From assembly GCA_051362555.1 (NCBI GenBank), contig CM120647.1, forward strand, positions 16,096,651 to 16,160,650: a DNA stretch of 64,000 bases, read 5' to 3'. A program made the position numbers and the translations under genes. Under the pieces are notes generated by a model, which was given only the letters and a program-made list of their open reading frames with translations, was not told the origin of the DNA and did no database searches. The first letter of the stretch is position 1, and each line of letters starts with the position of its first letter. This DNA comes from Lingula anatina (taxonomy: Eukaryota; Animalia; Brachiopoda). Positions 61,780-64,000 of the stretch are shown in pieces.

Positions 61780-62790
61780 CTATAAGTTGGTCTTTTGCGT
61801 ACATCTTAAATTCCGATTTGCAGTGTTCATTGCCGAGAGACATTGTCTCCATAGCTCCTCGTTCATTGTAGAAGGACAAAATTTCTGAACGCTGCTTTTG
61901 ATGTAGTCCAGTCTTTTTGTGCAAATAGGCCTTTTCTTATACTGCGTTGTCCTTGAGCCCCCCATGTTCCTCGTTGGGTCAAGGCGTTCTTCTTTGGCAT
62001 AAATCCTTCCCATTAACATAACGCAAAAGTTGCTTGGCCCCTTAGATTTTATTTTTAATTGTAGCAATTCTTGTGTGGTTGGAACAGTCCTATGTGTTTG
62101 CTGGTTCGTGCGTGCCAGCGGACCATGCCCGGTGCCGGTTTTTTGCTGCGACATAGCTTGATTTGGCCTCAAAGAAAAAGCAGTGTGTTGCACGGGTAAG
62201 TGGGGGGTGGGCATAGGGAAAGTTTGGGGTTGCAAATAGAAGGCCGCGGTTGGCACACAATAGGCTTGTGATGACTCGGGGAAGGCGGCAGTTGGCATAG
62301 GAAAGGTTTGGGGTTGCACGGGGAAGGCGCTGGATGGCGTTGGGAAGACCTGGCGTGGCACGAAGAAGGTAGTTGATGACCTTAGTAAGGCCTGGGGTGG
62401 TGAAGGAAAGGCTGGGGGAGATGACGGAGGCCTTACAAAAGTTTGATTCAAGCAGGTTTGATATGTCACGGCCGGAGCAGCCAAGGGGAAAGGGGGGGAT
62501 GATGTCTGGAGGGCTGGGGGTGGTGACGGAGGGGCGGGGGATGATGCCTGAAAAGGGGTGGGTGGTGACGGAGGGGCGGGGGATGATGTCCGAAATGCTG
62601 GAGGTGGTGGAACGGGGGCCACAGGGGATGCACGACTCCTTATTGAGGCAGGTGCCCGATGTGGAGCACGAGCAGGTAGGGATGGTTGGATTCTGGCACG
62701 TGGCCGAGAAGACTGGGGTGTAGAAAAAGACGTTGGAGCAAAAGACAGGGGTGGGGAAACTGGCCTCGGTTTCGGTTTATATATAAAATG
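61780..62790 (-). CDS. Pro/Ser-rich protein with a C-terminal BEN domain (5' end unresolved; may be a terminal exon or a pseudogene)
   Basis: Stop-free frame 62790-61780. The C-terminus SKGPSNFCVMLMGRIYAKEERL...NMGG...KRPICTKRLDYIKSSV...WRQCLSAMNTANRNLR fits the BEN pattern (NF...L....F..EE....N..G....L....L..I.......W..C...IN...R). No ATG near the 5' end of the frame. Confidence 0.65.
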   Translation of the reverse strand, partial: HFIYKPKPRPVSPPLSFAPTSFSTPQSSRPRARIQPSLPARAPHRAPASIRSRASPVAPVPPPPAFRTSSPAPPSPPTPFQASSPAPPSPPPALQTSSPPFPLAAPAVTYQTCLNQTFVRPPSSPPAFPSPPQALLRSSTTFFVPRQVFPTPSSAFPVQPQTFPMPTAAFPESSQAYCVPTAAFYLQPQTFPMPTPHLPVQHTAFSLRPNQAMSQQKTGTGHGPLARTNQQTHRTVPTTQELLQLKIKSKGPSNFCVMLMGRIYAKEERLDPTRNMGGSRTTQYKKRPICTKRLDYIKSSVQKFCPSTMNEELWRQCLSAMNTANRNLRCTQKTNL

Positions 62791-63339
62791 TCAATCAGGG
62801 CACAGAAGATTGATCTAAAGGACTTCTCTGTAAGACTGATAAAACTACCTCATCATATGACACAGGAATAACGTATTATATGTTTTCATATTTGGGGGCA
62901 TCCCCACGCTTTTCTCTTCGATTTATTTTGAAAATTCCCAAACAAACTGGTACTTACTTTTAAACAATAACTGTCACTTGTTAAATGTGCGAACTCCACT
63001 GCTTAAACTGCTCTTACCTGTAATTTATAATGGCCGAAATTATCTTACTTCAAAAAAGTATTATTATTATTATTATAAGCACAACAAAAAGAAAATACAA
63101 TTGTAGTGCTTTCTCTGATAAGTGCCGTTTGCCGTTATTCCGCCTCACTCCAATGGTTTAGGAATTTATTCCGACATTCAGTTCTTTTTTGTCTATTTCT
63201 GTGTGGTGTTTACAATGTATTTATTGTAGACTTTTAAATCTAACGTGAAAAGTTGTTATTCCTTTAAATATACCGGCATTGAAAAACCCACTGTGGTGTG
63301 CTTCCTTCCTTGCACAAACTGCAAGAGTGGAAATCTCTT

Positions 63340-64000
63340 TCAGTTGTGTGACAAAACCTCATGGTTGCGGAGGTCTTTTTTGGATTTGAAACCCTCGGGA
63401 CAGTGCGGGCACTGGTGCTTGGGCTTCTTCTTGTGCATGGCCTTTTCATGTTTCAGACGCGAAACGTGCCGTTTGAAGGCTTTCTCACAAAATCGGCACT
63501 GGTGCGGTCTCTCTCCCGTGTGAGATCGCACGTGGAACAGGACGGAGTCTTTCCTGCTGAAGGTTTTACCGCAGATGCGACACGTGTATGGTTTTTCTCC
63601 AGTGTGTCTCCTCTCGTGCATCTCAAGCTCTGCTTTGACTGAGAACCTTCTGGAACAAAACTGGCAGAGGTGTGGTTTCTTCACCTTGTTCTGAAGCATC
63701 TTCTTGTGGTACCTTGCCCCACTTTCGGACAAAAACCCCTTATTGCAACATTTACAGTAATAAGGTTTTTCAGCCGAGTGCACTAATACTTCGTGTTTCA
63801 CACATTCTGCTCTTTGACGATACATTCTACCACAGTACTGACACATATTGGGGGTGTAAGCACTATGGGTTCTTTCATGGGCGTCCCGAATTCTTTTGTT
63901 TGGGAATGTCTCGTCGCAGTACCTACATGAACTCATGTCTTTCACATGGGTTAATTGATGTTTAGAGAAAACATCTTCAGATGTGAAGTTAGCACAACAA
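63340..64000 (-). CDS. C2H2 zinc-finger protein, 3' part (paralog of the gene at 57.9-59.4 kb; runs off the window)
   Basis: About 7 complete fingers with HTGEKP/HTGERP linkers. Shares TPNMCQYCG, HSAE.PY.C.CCNKGF and KPH.C.FCS with the first zinc-finger gene, and DNA 63961-64000 closely matches 58651-58689. Confidence 0.85.
   Translation of the reverse strand, partial: CCANFTSEDVFSKHQLTHVKDMSSCRYCDETFPNKRIRDAHERTHSAYTPNMCQYCGRMYRQRAECVKHEVLVHSAEKPYYCKCCNKGFLSESGARYHKKMLQNKVKKPHLCQFCSRRFSVKAELEMHERRHTGEKPYTCRICGKTFSRKDSVLFHVRSHTGERPHQCRFCEKAFKRHVSRLKHEKAMHKKKPKHQCPHCPEGFKSKKDLRNHEVLSHN

Noticed and set aside
62373-62818. Gly-rich plus-strand ORFs
   Set aside because: Antisense of the Pro-rich region of the BEN ORF.

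Overview
AT-rich, intron-rich animal genomic DNA, most consistent with a marine invertebrate (probably a mollusc or other lophotrochozoan; this is an inference from gene content). It is not prokaryotic, and I see no CRISPR array, rRNA or intact tRNA. I assembled spliced gene models by hand from GT-AG boundaries and reading-frame phase. In order: (1) a 72-aa secreted orphan (-); (2) a secreted HEXXH zinc peptidase with five ShK domains (-, 9 exons); (3) a secreted 4xTSP1 protein (+); (4) a secreted vWA-mucin-2xTSP1-SUEL-like lectin protein (+); (5) a 23-exon secreted CEMIP/TMEM2-like G8-domain protein (-); (6) a secreted vWA-PT-4xTSP1 protein (+); (7) a C2H2 zinc-finger gene, a Pro-rich BEN-domain ORF and a second, window-truncated zinc-finger paralog (all -). 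Introns hold a fossil Tc1/mariner transposase, many inverted-repeat MITEs and a 1332-bp tandem repeat whose units carry two tRNA-like Pol III modules. The most notable patterns are a ~57-kb run of six secreted-protein genes, two head-to-head enzyme / TSP1-protein pairs within it, and the intronic tRNA-like macrosatellite.
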